DNA from: the human T2T-CHM13v2.0 reference genome, Homo sapiens
Strand: one strand, 5' to 3'
Assembly: GCF_009914755.1 (NCBI RefSeq)
Contig: NC_060925.1
Length of the DNA: 64,000 nucleotides
Shown here: one piece after another, positions 1 through 14,910 of the stretch
Position numbering within the stretch: the stretch's first letter is position 1
Layout: each line of letters begins with the position of its first letter
Notes under the pieces: model-generated
Database searches by the model: none
What the model was told of the DNA's origin: nothing
Seen by the model: only the letters and a program-made list of their open reading frames with translations
Translations under genes and position numbers: made by a program

Positions 1-1188
1 TATGACGTATAGATAACAGGGCCTAGAAAGAGAGCTGCAGACCACGACCCTGCTAATCAAAGAGCTGGTTCTGTCAGGAATCATGTGGCAAGAGCATTTG
101 CCAAAGAAATGAGTAAATAGAAATGGATATCTGATGTGTTACAGAGTCGTACTAACATTTCTCAGCAGTTTTAGAATGTATCTTGTAACAACTGTGTTTA
201 TCTGGTACTTTAAACTGCTTTTCTGCCCTTATTTCCTTTCTAAAAACATTATTCTTTATGGCTTTTAATGAACCTGTGGAACTTGAAGAATGCTTCTCCG
301 CAGGGTAGAACAATGCTTTTTCTTTTGTAACTGGTGTTAGTATGGTACCCAATGCTTATGGATCCAAAGCACATCACAGAGCGTGGCCAGAACAATCTTG
401 GGGGCATGGAATTGTACTGAGGGAATGGCTTCGTAAAGAAGTTGGTGCTGCTTGTTCGTCTCTGACACAGTTAAGCAGTGTTTGGGAATAGAGAGGGTAC
501 TAGATAGGAATGAGAATGTTCTTTCTTTTTTTTTGAGACAGGGTTTCTTTCTGTCACCCAGGCTGGAGTGCAGTGGCGTGATTTCACCTCAATGCCACCT
601 TGACCTTCTGTGCTCAAGCAGTCCTCCTGCCTCAGCCTCCCAAGCAGCTGGGACCACAGGCATGCACCACCACGCCCGGCTAATTTTTATATTTTTTTGG
701 TAGAGATGGGGTTTTGCCATGTTGCTCAGGCAGCTCTTGAACTCCTGAGTTCAAGTGATCCTCCCACCTGGGCCTCCCAAAGTGCTGGGATTACAGGCAT
801 GTTCCACTGCACCCGGCCGAGAATGTCATTTCAATCCATCTACTGATATTTACTGTTCTAGATGCTTTGGGAGATGCAAAGAGGACTGAAATAGTGGTCA
901 AGGGTATTGATTTTTTTAGCTAAACTATGTGTTTGAATCCCAGTTCTTCCATTTACCAGTAACCTGGGTAGGTTATCAGTTTCTTCATGCTTCACTCTCC
1001 CTTTTTGTAAATTGGAGATAATATTAACTATCTCGTAAGGTTCTGAGGACTAAGAAATTAATGTGGGTCAGAGAGCTTAGAGCTGTTCTTGGCATATTGT
1101 AGGCTCTCAGTCAATGTTAGTTATCATCCATCCTCATGATCATCAGTGTATGATTGGATTGGCTGATGGAGTGGACTTCAAAGAGATT

Positions 1189-1294
1189 GTGTGTGTGTGT
1201 ATATATATATCTGTGTATGTATATATATATGTGTGTATGTGTGTATATATATATATCTGTGTGTGTATATATATGTGTGTGTGTATATATATGT
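1189..1294. repeat. Compound (TG)n/(TA)n microsatellite
   Basis: gtgtgtgtgtgtatatatatat... read directly. Confidence 0.95.
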
Positions 1295-2005
1295 AGATTG
1301 CATCCACATATGAAAAGTAACAAAATGCAAAGTAACATGAGTGTTTAAGAATGGAGATAGCATTTAAAGACAAATAAAAAAAATACAAAGTAACATGGGA
1401 GGATCACCTGAAGCCAGGAGTTCAAGACTAGCCTGGGCAATATGGTGAGATCCCTTTTCTACAAAAAAAAAAAAAAAAATTAGCTGGGTATGGTGGCGCA
1501 TGCCTGTGGTCCCAGCTACTTGGGAGGCTGAGGTGGGAGGATCACTTGAGCTGGAGAGGTTGAGGTTGCATTGAGTTGTGTTCCCTCCACTGCACTCTGG
1601 CCTGGGCAACAGAGCAAGATGCTTTTCCCCCAAAAATTTTCACTTGTTCAGTCATTCAAAAACATTTATTGAGGTCGGGTGTGGTGCCTCACGCCTGTAA
1701 TCCTAGCACTTCGGGAGGCCAAGGCCAGAGGATCACCTGAGGCCAGAAGTTCAAGACTAGCCTGGGCAACATGGTGAGATCCCTTCTCTAAAAAAAAAAA
1801 TAAATAAATAAAATTAGCTGGGTGTTGTGGTGCACGCCTGTGGTTCCAGCTACTTGGGAGGCCCAGGTGGGAGGATCGCTTGAGCCCAGGAGGTCGAGGC
1901 TGCATTGAGCTATGTTCTTGTCACTGCACTGTAGCCTGGGCAACAGAGCAAGACCCTGTTTCAAAAACAAAAAAAGTTCATTGTTCAGTCATTTAAAAAC
2001 ATTTA

Positions 2006-2203
<198 letters not shown>

Positions 2204-2206
2204 TCA

Positions 2207-2597
<391 letters not shown>

Positions 2598-3431
2598 TTA
2601 CAAAAAAATTTTAAAGCAAATTGCTTGTTCTCTAAGCCTTTTTTTTTCCTCCACCTCAAAAATTGAGAAACTAATATTATTTATTTGTATTGTTGTGAGG
2701 ATTAAATGAGATAATGTGTATGAAGTGCTTGGACACAGTAGGACCACACTAAATGGTAGCTGCTATTCTTTTTTTTTTTTTTTTTGAGAGGAAGTCTCAC
2801 TCTGTCACCCAGGCTAGAGTGCAGTAGTAGGATCATAGCTCCCTGCAGCCTCGAACTTTTGGCGATCCTGAAGCGATCCTCCTGCCTCAGCCTCCAGGGT
2901 AGCTGGGACTACAGGTGCATGCTACCATACCTGGGTGATTTTTTATTTTTTGTAGATACAGGGTTTCACTATGTTGCCTAGGCTGGTCTGAAACTCTGGG
3001 CTCAAATGATGCTCCTGCTTGGCCTCCTAAAGTGCTGGGATTATGGGCATGAGCCACCATGCCCGTCTTGTTATTCCACCTCTATAGTCCCTGATCTCAG
3101 AGGACTGTTAACCTGTTTGGGAGACAAATTATACGGTAATACAAGGCAGTATAGATTAAATGATTATTCTGGAAATACAGGCATCATGCGATGGGGTGTG
3201 AAGGAAGAGAGCTGTCCATTTTGCCTGTAGGACTCTGGGAAGGTTATGGAGGTAGCTTTTGAGTGGATCTTTTTTTCTTTTTTCTTTTTTTGGAGACAGG
3301 GTCTTGCTCTATTGCCCCAGGAGTGCAATGGCACCATCAAGGTTCACTGCACCCTCAACCTCTCTGGGCTCAAGTAATCTTTCCATCTCAGCCTCCTGAG
3401 TAGCTGGGACTCCAGGCATGTACCACCATAG

Positions 3432-3575
<144 letters not shown>

Positions 3576-3985
3576 TAAGTGGATTTTAGCAGGATTTCCA
3601 TAGGTGGCACTGGGCAGGTCCCCACATTCGAGGTGGAATGCACCCTGTGAGCAGAGGCTGAAAACTTGCAGGGTGTTTTTGAAATGGTTTGGGGCCAGAA
3701 GGTAGAGGCTGCCAGTGCCATGTCAAGGAATCTGAACTTCAGCCTGGGGGCCTATCGTATATTTGTAACCCAAAACATCCATTTCCCCTCCTTTTTGTTT
3801 TTATAAGCTCCGAACCTTAGGTTGACTCTTTAAATAACCTGGAGCAGCGGGAAGAGAGTTCAGTAGCCATTAGAAATTACTGAGAAATGACCTACCTCTA
3901 AATTACTCCCAGTTTAGTGAGTAGATTTCTTGCTAGCCTGAGATGAGGAGTTTTTGGATGAGACATCCGTGAGTAAGTCTGTAAT

Positions 3986-4097
3986 GTCTGCCTGGAGTGA
4001 GTGACCCGCATTATCATTTATAAAGCACTCAGTACATTGGGGTCTGTCTGGAGTGAGTGACCTGCATTATCATTTATAAAGCACTCAGTACTTTGGG
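3986..4097. repeat. Tandem duplication, 2 x 56 bp
   Basis: gtctg(c/t)ctggagtgagtgacc(c/t)gcattatcatttataaagcactcagtac(a/t)ttggg twice. Confidence 0.93.
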
Positions 4098-4312
4098 TGT
4101 TTTTCTGCTTGGCTCTTTGGAGGGACCTTTCCCTGCAGGGCCAGTGGGTGCATATTTGAGTGGGTGGGGACTAGGAAACCTTCAGTCTTAAACTACGGCC
4201 ATGCTGTTTTGCCAGATTCATTTGCTTTTGGCTTGGTGTAGGCTGTTGTTTCTTCTCATTTTTTCCTTTACATTCTCTCTCTCCTTTCTAGATCTCCTCC
4301 TTTGCCCTCTTA

Positions 4313-4772
<460 letters not shown>

Positions 4773-5107
4773 TCATGCTCTTCAAAAGAAGAAACTATTT
4801 AATTGCCCCCATTAAGTCTGTTTCAACCAAGGAAAATGTTTCATGATTTTTTTTTCCCCTTATGTTCATTTTCTCCCCAAATGTGGAAATGGGGTTGTTT
4901 CGCTGGGGTTACAAACTTTTTCTTTCTGTTAGTCGTAAGGTATGGTGGTGGGGCGGGGTGGGGGGTGGGGCATGGCCCATGTGGACAAATGTTCCTGCAA
5001 AAATCAACAAATAAATTGATTGTATTTGTTCAGATCCGCCAAGTTGCTAGATTTGAATTCTTTTTCTTCTTTTTTTTTCCCTTTTTCTTTTTAGAGATGG
5101 GGTCTAG

Positions 5108-5260
<153 letters not shown>

Positions 5261-5989
5261 TAGAGTTGGGGTCTTGCCGTATTGCCCAGGCTGGTCTTGA
5301 ACTCCTGGGCTCAAGCGATTTCCCAGCCTCAGCCTCCCAAAGTGCTGGGATTACAGGGGTGAGCTGCCGCACCTGGCCTGAATTCTTCTTTAGAAGCCAG
5401 TAACCCACAAGTCCTGAACAATCATTTAAAGGGAAACATAATCATGTTTTTTGCATTATTTTGTACTTGGAGTAAAAGGCTCTCTTGCATTTCTTACTAA
5501 TTAATGGTTGTTGTCTGTACTCCGTGTTCTTGAAAATGTATATCTCAGACAGATTTAGGTTGCTCAAAAATTGCCTTGTGTCTCGCAAACAATTTTGTAA
5601 AAACAATGGCAGTGATTTAAGGATGGGGACTCTGCCTTCTCTTTTTACATTTTCAGTGGCCATCACAGTGCCTCCCACAGAGCAGGGCTCTATATATGTG
5701 AGGGTGAATGGCTTGCATAGCCGGGAGAGTGATGGATCTAGCTGCCCTCTTGTCAGTTCACTTTCGGGTTTAAGTCATAAAAGTTGGGTCTGAAAACAAT
5801 TTTCAGCGGCGGTCCTGTTCCTTCTTTTGCTTTCTGATCGGTTATTACACTTGTAAGTAGAGGTGCTAAGGAGTTCCCCAGAAGAGAAGAGTATAATTCC
5901 TTTTGAAGACCAGTTTCATTTAATTGGATCATAGACTTTTGAATACTGTTTGCACTATACTCATTTTGGGGAGGGGTTGGGGGTGGAAG

Positions 5990-6290
5990 GAACTTGTTAG
6001 AAACTGCAAATTTCTGTGCTTCAATCCCAGAGATTCAGAGGTAGTTGGTCTGCGGGTGGGGCCCAGGAGCCTGCATTTCATCCTAGGTGAGTCAGATTTT
6101 GATGTTCCTCTGGTAAATATTAGCCTAAGCAAGGGGTCAGCAAAGAGACCCGCCGGCCACATCTGGCCTGCAGACTAAGAATGGTTTTTGCATTTTTAAA
6201 GGTTGATAAAAAAAAAAAGGAGAATACGCAACAGACATCATATAAATCCTAAAATATTTACTATCTGTCCTGTTATGGAAAATGTAACTC
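5990..6290. mobile_element. hAT-Charlie MITE remnants (MER5-like about 5990-6110; MER58-like about 6130-6290)
   Basis: Resemble recalled MER5A (ggaacttgttagaaa...gggcccaggagcctgcattt) and MER58 (ggggtcagcaaa...aaaatatttactatctg) consensi. Confidence 0.6.
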
Positions 6291-6395
6291 TTGGTCTGAA
6301 CTCTTCATCAGCGCCTAAGCTTCAGCTCTCATGTACGTGTTAGAGCGGACGGCCTGGAAATTCGTTTAGATGAAGCGTATGGGCTGGTGGTAGCA

Positions 6396-6576
6396 CTACA
6401 CATGATAAGCCTGTTCTAGATGTAAAACTTTCCCTTTAACCTACACATGATATAGCCTGTTCTAGGTGTAAAACTTTAACCTACACATGATGTAGCCCGT
6501 TCTAGATGTAAAACTTTCCTTTAACCTTCACATGACGTAGCCTATTCTATATGTAAAACTTTCCCTTTAACCTTCA
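6396..6576. repeat. Minisatellite, about 4 copies of a 40-46 bp unit just upstream of exon 3
   Basis: ctacacatgat..agcctgttctagatgtaaaactttccctttaac; units start at 6396, 6441, 6481, 6526. Confidence 0.93.
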
Positions 6577-6648
6577 ATGCTTTACACACAGTAGGTGGCC
6601 TACTGTATTTGTTAAATGGATATTTCATGATGCTGTTTTTATTTTTAG

Positions 6649-6726
6649 GTGCTGTTGAATTAGAAAACTTGCCATTAAAGAAAGATGCCTTGAAAGAATT
6701 GGAATTACCATTTGAAGTCAAAGCTG
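6649..6726 (+). CDS. VPS13D: VPS13D exon 3 (78 nt), chorein-N domain: (G)AVELENLPLKKDALKELELPFEVKA(G)
   Basis: tttttag|GTGCTG ... GCTG|gtatgt; phase 1-1. Confidence 0.95.
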
Positions 6727-6859
6727 GTATGTGGAACTAAAGGAGGGGGAAGAAATTTGAGTCTTAAATTGTTTGAGAGGTGAAAACTGAGAGCCCTGGA
6801 GTTTGTATTGATTTGGCCAGTTAGAGGAAGGATATAGCAAATGTTAGAGTTTAGGCCAG

Positions 6860-7745
<886 letters not shown>

Positions 7746-8381
7746 TGCTTGACTCTTATAAATTGAACATAAAGAAAGCTTGTATTCTAGGAGGCTTGGC
7801 TAGAAATGGAAGAACTTGGGAAATAAATATCACAATTCTACCGAGCCGTTTGGCTTTCTCATCAGCCCAGGTTCTCATGAAGCATCAGAATTCTTTATTG
7901 AGAGAAGGCCAGCACCATTTACCTATGTTTCAGTTTGTGGTGGGTATGTTCAAGATTGAATATATCATAGGTCTGATGACTCCAACTAGTGCTTATCAAC
8001 CAGACAATGACTAATGAACAAGAAATGAGTTTAGTGTCCATGGGCTTGTGCGGGACCCGGGGAAGAAAGACACCCTGAGCAAGTGTAAGATGTACTCCAG
8101 TTGGAAAAGGAGATAGTTTCTAGAGGAGGGATGTTACTGTTGATGTGGTAAAGTCTTCGCGAACTTTTTCCAGCTTATATAAGTCATTATACCTTATTCT
8201 TACAGATGTCAGCCTCCTAACACTTGTTTCACATGTGCAAGAGCCTGCTGCCTGTTGTTTTAAATAAAAAAAAGTAGTAACAGCAATCCATGCTCCTTAA
8301 ACAAAATTGTAAAAATACCAAAAAATGGAAAGAATTAAAAATGTGTACAGATGGTGAACAAGACTTTCCTTCTCCTTCCAG

Positions 8382-8572
8382 GCTTCATTGGGAAAGTAAC
8401 CCTTCAGATTCCCTTTTATCGCCCCCATGTGGACCCTTGGGTGATCTCCATCTCCAGCCTTCACTTAATTGGAGCCCCAGAGAAAATACAGGATTTCAAT
8501 GATGAAAAGGAGAAGCTGTTGGAAAGGGAACGTAAGAAAGCACTACTTCAAGCCCTGGAGGAGAAATGGAAG
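8382..8572 (+). CDS. VPS13D: VPS13D exon 4 (191 nt): FIGKVTLQIPFY...LQALEEKWK; ends at a GC donor
   Basis: ccttccag|GCTTC ... TGGAAG|gcaagg; frame continues into NDRQQK of the next exon. Confidence 0.93.
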
Positions 8573-8672
8573 GCAAGGCAGAGATCTTCTGGGCCATAAG
8601 AGCAGTTGTGGTGACACGTGTAAGATGAGCAAGAACACTAGATTGAGCTAATGCTGACTCTTGTCTTTGTAG

Positions 8673-8753
8673 AATGACCGCCAGCAGAAAGGGGAGTCCT
8701 ATTGGTATTCAGTTACCGCCTCCGTAGTTACAAGGATTGTGGAGAATATTGAA
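8673..8753 (+). CDS. VPS13D: VPS13D exon 5 (81 nt): NDRQQKGESYWYSVTASVVTRIVENIE
   Basis: tctttgtag|AATGAC ... ATTGAA|gtaagt. Confidence 0.95.
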
Positions 8754-10113
8754 GTAAGTCCTGCTGACTTTTATAAAAGTATCAACGTGAAAGGGATTTC
8801 TCAGGTTTAAACGTGTTTCTCCTCTTAGTTTCTCATTTCTCGTGGGCTCAGCTGATCTAGGGTGTAGATGGGGCTGGCTGCTCAGGTCTGCCCTTTTGTA
8901 GGCTGTGCCAAGAGGAAAACCTGACAAGCAAGTCCTAGGCTCTGTGGCAGACACAGAGTTTTCTTGTTTCTGCTGGCATGAGGAGGAGTTTTCACATCTC
9001 TTCCATTTCACTTCCCGCACTTTCTTTTTGAATGTTGGAATCCCACTTGCTCAAGGATTTATGGCCTAAGAATCCAGGTTACTTGACCTTGATGACTGTA
9101 TGGTTTCAGGGTAAATCACTTCACCTCTCTGGTCTCAGTTTCTTCATCTGTAAAAGAGAGAGGTTGGATGCCTGGTCTCTAGTTGGTTACATAGTGAGTT
9201 GTGAAATTGCGAACAGCTCACTAAGATACCTAACCTCTTGCTGGTGTATCTGGTGGCAATTTGACGAGTTACAGGACTGGGGCTGTTGACCTTGCCCATG
9301 TTTTCTACTTCAATTATACTTTTGTTTCATCCTCAAAAACTTGATCAGGGTCCCACTAATTTTCGTGAATGTTTTAAGAGTTTGTCCATACTTACTACCT
9401 CTAGAAGTTTCTTGCAGTGCCAATGTGACAGAGGCCAAATGTGTTCAATGTATGTCATGTTCCCAAAAATTACAGTCTGAGGTTTTTGATTTCGTAACTT
9501 TCCTTTGACAAACAAATTTATAAAATATTAGTCATTATTTTCATTTTATCTTAGTTTAAGTAGTTTTATTGAGATATAGTTCTTATGCCAGAAAGTTCAG
9601 TCTTTTAAAGTGTACAATTTAATGTTTTTTAGTATATTTACAAGGTTGTGCGTTGGTCACCACTAAATAATTCCAGAACATTTTTATCATCCCAACAGGT
9701 AGTCACTGCCAAAGCTGGGCTTCGTGGCATGTACCTGTAATCCCAGCTACTTGGGAGGCTGGGGCAAGAGGATGACTTGAGCCGAGGAGTTGGGCTGCAA
9801 GGCTGTAGTGAGCTATAATAGTGCCCCTGCACCCCATTCTGGGCAACAGACCAAAACCCTGTATCTTAAAAAAAAAATAATAATTTAAAAAAGTAGTCAT
9901 TGCCAATTCCCCTCTGCCTTCAGCCCCTGTCAATCACTAATCTACTTTCTTTCTAGATTTGCCTATTGTAGACATTTCATCTAAATGGAATCATGTAATA
10001 TATAGCCTGGCCATTTTCACTTGACATAATGTTTTCAAGGGTCATCTGTGTAGTAGCATGTGTCAGCACTTTATTCCTTTTTATGACTGAATCATATATT
10101 CCATTGTATGGAT

Positions 10114-10984
10114 TGTCAAAGATTAAACAAAGCTGGACCTCAGAGCAATGAAAACAGATTTTACTCTGTAACTACTGACAGTAGAGGAAAGAGCTGAGCT
10201 CCAGGCTGACTTGTGTGGAGGTAGCTGGGCCTTTTAAAGAGAGCTTGAGGGTGCAGGGAGGTGGAGTGAGTGGGTACTCAAGTGAAAAATTACAAGGCGT
10301 TGGTCGCTGTGAATGTCATTAGGCTAACTGTGTCCGCTGGCAGTGATCAAAGTTAGGATTCTATCCTCCCTCAGACTGGGAGATTGAGCCTTACCCTTCC
10401 TGATGATTACATTTCAAAGGAGTGGCTTTCAGGTCCTTAAGAAAGACACTCCTGAGCTGTAGGAGATACAGGTCGAGTATCCCAAATCTGAAAATCTGAA
10501 ATCCTCCAAAGTTTGAAACTTTTTGAGTGCCCACATGATACTCAAAGGAAATGCTCATTGGAGCATTTTGGAGTTTGGATTTTTGGATTTGGGATACTCA
10601 GCCAGTTAAGTATAATGCAAATATTTCAAAATCCCCCCCAAAAATGAAATCCGGAACACTTCTTGTCCCAAGCCTTTCAGATAAGGGATACGTGACCTGT
10701 ACATATACATCTCTCAGAGAAATGTCACAGTTGAATTGCTCTGCAAACCTATAAACCCTTTTCAGTAAACGTGCTATAAGAAAGGAAGGTCAGGGGCCTG
10801 TGTCAGGTGTTGTCTGGAATAAAGGGTACGTTCTTTTGATAGTCCTGAGCTTTACCAGGCAAGAACTCAGTAGAGGACTGTGTTGTCCCCAGGGACATGG
10901 CCTCGGGCTGCCAGAAGCCATATTAAAGTTTGGTCAAGTCTCTTTGGAATGGAATGTTCTTGCTGAGAGTCCTTGCGTTTCTCA
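10114..10984 (-). mobile_element. Solo LTR of the MER4 group (MER67/MER31-like) inserted in the L1
   Basis: TG...CA ends; 4-bp flanks ggat/ggac; gagacttgaccaaacttt motif on the minus strand. Confidence 0.7.
10469..10699 (+). mobile_element. Tigger4a (MER46/Zombi-type) MITE nested in the LTR
   Basis: TA|caggtcgagtatccc ... gggatacgtgacctg|TA; TIRs with TA target duplication. Confidence 0.85.
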
Positions 10985-11825
10985 GGACATACGACATTTT
11001 GTTTATTCATTCATGAGTTGCTGGACATTTGGGTTGGTTCTCCTTTTTGCTATTACGAATAATATTGCTGTAAACATTTGTGTATAGGGTTTTGGGTGAA
11101 CATGTTTTCAGTTGTCTCAAATAGATATCTTGGAGTAGAATTGAGGAATTATGGGGTAACTCTGTTTACTTTTTGAGGAACTACCAAACTGTTTTCCAAA
11201 GAGGCTGCACTATTTTACGATATCACCAGCAATGTATGAGCATTTTGTTTCTCCATATCCTCATCAACATTTATTATTGATTATGGGGCTGGGCACGCCT
11301 GTAATCCCAGCACTTTGGGAGGCCAAGGCAGGCGGATTGCTTGAGGTCAGGAGATCGAGACCAGCCTGGTGAAACCCCGTCTCTGCTAAAAATACAAAAT
11401 TAGCTAGACATGGTGGCATGTGCGTGTCGTCCCAGCTACTTGGTGGGGAGGCTGAGGCAGGAAAGTCGCTTGAACCCGGGAGACGGAGGTTGCAGTGAGC
11501 CAAGATCACACCATTGCACTCCAGCCTGGGCGACAAAGCGAGACTCCATCTCAAAAAAAAAAAAAGCCTGCAGAAATGGTGAGATAGCATTCTCTCTAAC
11601 ACCATTCAGGACAGAAAGAAAAAAATTAAAAAAAACCCAAAAAAAACCCAAAAAAAACAAAAACAAAAAGCAAACATTTATTATTCATTGTGTACTAGTG
11701 GGTGTGAAATGATGATCTTGCTATGATTTCGATTTGCATTTTCTTAATGGCGAAGGATACTGAATATTTTTCCGTGTATTTACTGGCCACTTGTGTATCT
11801 TTTTTTTGGAGAAATGTCTATTTGA

Positions 11826-12261
<436 letters not shown>

Positions 12262-12460
12262 TGATCCGACTGCCTCGGCCTCCCAAAGTGCTGGGATTAC
12301 AGGCATGATCCACCGTGCCTGGCCATCCTTTGCCTATTTTACAAATCAGTTTATCTTTTTATTGTTGAGTTATAAGAGCTCTCTATATATTCTGAATACC
12401 AGATTCTTATCAGATTTGCAAGTACTTTCTCCCATTCTGTGGATTGTCTTTTTACTTTCT

Positions 12461-12780
12461 GTTATTATTATTATTATTATTATTATTGTTATTATTAAGA
12501 CATAATCTCACTCCGTTGCCTAGGCTGGAGTGCAGTGGCACCATCATACCTTACTGCAGCCTCCATCTCATGGGCTCAAACAATCCTCCTGCCTCAGCCT
12601 CCTGAGTAGCTGAGACTGCAGGCTCGTGCCACCATACCTGGCTATTTAAAAAAAATTTTTAGTAGAAGTGAGGTCTTGCTATGTTGCCTAGGCTGGTCTC
12701 TAACTCTTGGGTTCAAGTAATATTCCTGCCTCAGCTTCCCAGAGTGCTGGGATTATAGGCATGAATCACTGTGCTCAACC
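12461..12780 (-). mobile_element. Alu with an (ATT)n microsatellite tail (12461-12497)
   Basis: Antisense Alu consensus preceded by attattatt... Confidence 0.9.
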
Positions 12781-13069
12781 TGTTATTATTTTTTAATTCA
12801 TTGAAGCAGAGTGCCTTTCCTGTAGCCCACTTACAGGGAGGGGCTAGGGGAAATACATATATACATACATAGTTTATGTGCCTTGCTGGTTTCCTTGGTC
12901 CAGATGTGGGGACATAGAGGCAAGATGAAGATATCAACAGAGCAAGAGGAACAATTGTCTGTATACAATGGCTTTGCTTTCTTTAATTGCTTTTTTTTAA
13001 GGTGTCTTCTGAAATGATTTAATGAAAGTATTGGAGCTCTTTTGGTAAAACTAATCACAAAGTAACATT

Positions 13070-13148
13070 CAAGAGAGTTATGATAACATAATATAACATA
13101 ACATAATATAACATATTATAACATAACATAACAAGAGAGTTATTATAA
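13070..13148. repeat. (TAACA/TAATA)n low-complexity tract between two copies of caagagagttat
   Basis: Direct repeats start at 13070 and 13132. Confidence 0.8.
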
Positions 13149-13358
13149 CTCCCTTAGGAACTTATAGGACACTGGATATGTGTGTGTTGTGTTTGTATAA
13201 AGTGCCTGGTGTGGTTTCCTTTAGTGGCTCAAGGGCAGTTTGACCCCTAACTATAGTATTTCACCTACAGCAGTTATCTAAATGCTTTTTCTTTTTTCTT
13301 TTCTTTGGAACACTATTCTGCAGGTGCATCAGCTGCTTTTTCTTTTTTCTCTTTGCAG

Positions 13359-13475
13359 TTAAAAATTCAAGATGTCCATTTACGCTTTGAAGATGGTGTC
13401 ACCAATCCCTCCCATCCTTTTGCTTTTGGCATCTGCATTAAGAATGTGTCCATGCAAAATGCTGTGAATGAGCCT
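13359..13475 (+). CDS. VPS13D: VPS13D exon 6 (117 nt): LKIQDVHLRFEDG...QNAVNEP
   Basis: ctttgcag|TTAAAA ... GAGCCT|gtgagt; within ORF 13305..13562. Confidence 0.96.
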
Positions 13476-13890
13476 GTGAGTATGAAATGTGATGACAAAG
13501 CAGGAAGAAAGCCATGCTCTAGGAATCTGGGGCTCTGCCTTTTGCCATTTTGTGTTATGTAAATGAATCACATTCTTTTCCATTGCCTTCTGTGATAGGC
13601 ATGGGTGTCTCTTGTGTATTTGCAACAAATCAAATTTGCTGAAATAGGGAAACAGGTAATTTTCTCTGACCTTTGGTTATATCACTTTCATTTTATACAT
13701 GAAGAAACTGAGGGGCAGAAAGGATTTTATTTTTGATTTTTTTCTCGTGTTATGTACACTCCCTGGGTAAACTCACTGTGTTTCATAGTTGTAGCTACCA
13801 CCTGGGAATATTTGATGATGGCTTCCACATCTTGAACTCCATTCTCCACCCTTTGACCTTCATATTCGTGGTTTTCTTAAAACTACTGCT

Positions 13891-14619
13891 TGTCTCAAAA
13901 CACACTCTGTTTCTTCACACTCTACACAAAAAACAACACTTTTGACACCAGACGTGTGAGGATTTTCCCCCACACGCCAAGCAGTTCTCCACATATCAAC
14001 TCAGTGTCCTATAGTTCAAGTCAATTCTGACACTAATGGGTTACTGCAGACCCCGCTGGGTAAGGGCTTAGTCCCATAGGACCGCCTCCCACTTCAGATG
14101 CCAGTCACAAGGCCCAGGTTGTGACCGGTGCTTCTGACTAGAAGTTGGAGTTCCCACAGTTCCCCTCCTCAGGTTTGGTAATTTGCTAGGATGGCTCACA
14201 GAACTCAGGGAAACACTTTACTTACATTTGCTGGTTTATAATAAACGGTGTTATGAGGATACAGGTGAATATCTAGATAAAGAGGGCCACACCCCCCTCC
14301 AGTGTTCAGCAACCTGGAAGCTCAGCAGATCTCATGGTTCAAAGTTTTTATGCAGCTTAATCTCCAGCCCCATCACCCAGAGGTCAGTGAGTGGTGCTGA
14401 AAGGCCCAACCCTCTAATTACTTGATCTTTCTGTGATGAGCCCCATCTTGAGCCTGTCTAGGGACCCCAACAAAAGTCACTTAATTAGCATATACTGGGG
14501 TGTGATCATGAGGCTTTTTATGAACAACAATGACACTCCTGTCAGGAACTTCCAAGGGTTTTAGGAATTCTGTGCCAGGAACCAGGGAAAAAGACCAAAT
14601 ATATTTCATGTATGCCACA
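13891..14619 (-). mobile_element. MER21-family solo LTR
   Basis: cccacttcagatgccagtcacaag...gctcacagaactcagggaaacactt matches recalled MER21; gcttgtc occurs at both ends. Confidence 0.8.
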
Positions 14620-14910
14620 GCTTGTCATAACTAGAATGATCCTGTGTATTCCATCTGCCCATTTTGTCCCCTAAATGACGTATTTTTCTTTATTCCCTAA
14701 CGTTACTGAATGTAAAAACCAACAATAACAGTTTTGAGCCCTTTTATATGGCAGGCACTGTTCTTAGCACTTTCCATGATTTAACTCATTTAATTCTCCT
14801 TGATTTTCACCACTGCTGTTATCCTAATAACCCTACTGAGGACACTACGGCACGAGAGGCGGAGTGAAAAGTGGAGCCAGGTCTTGAACCTGGGTGGACC
14901 AGCTCTAAGT

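Noticed and set aside
1114-1388. Overlapping ORFs rich in YI/CV/HT (also 2204-2554 and 49980-50395)
   Set aside because: Artefacts of microsatellite or low-complexity DNA that lacks stop codons.
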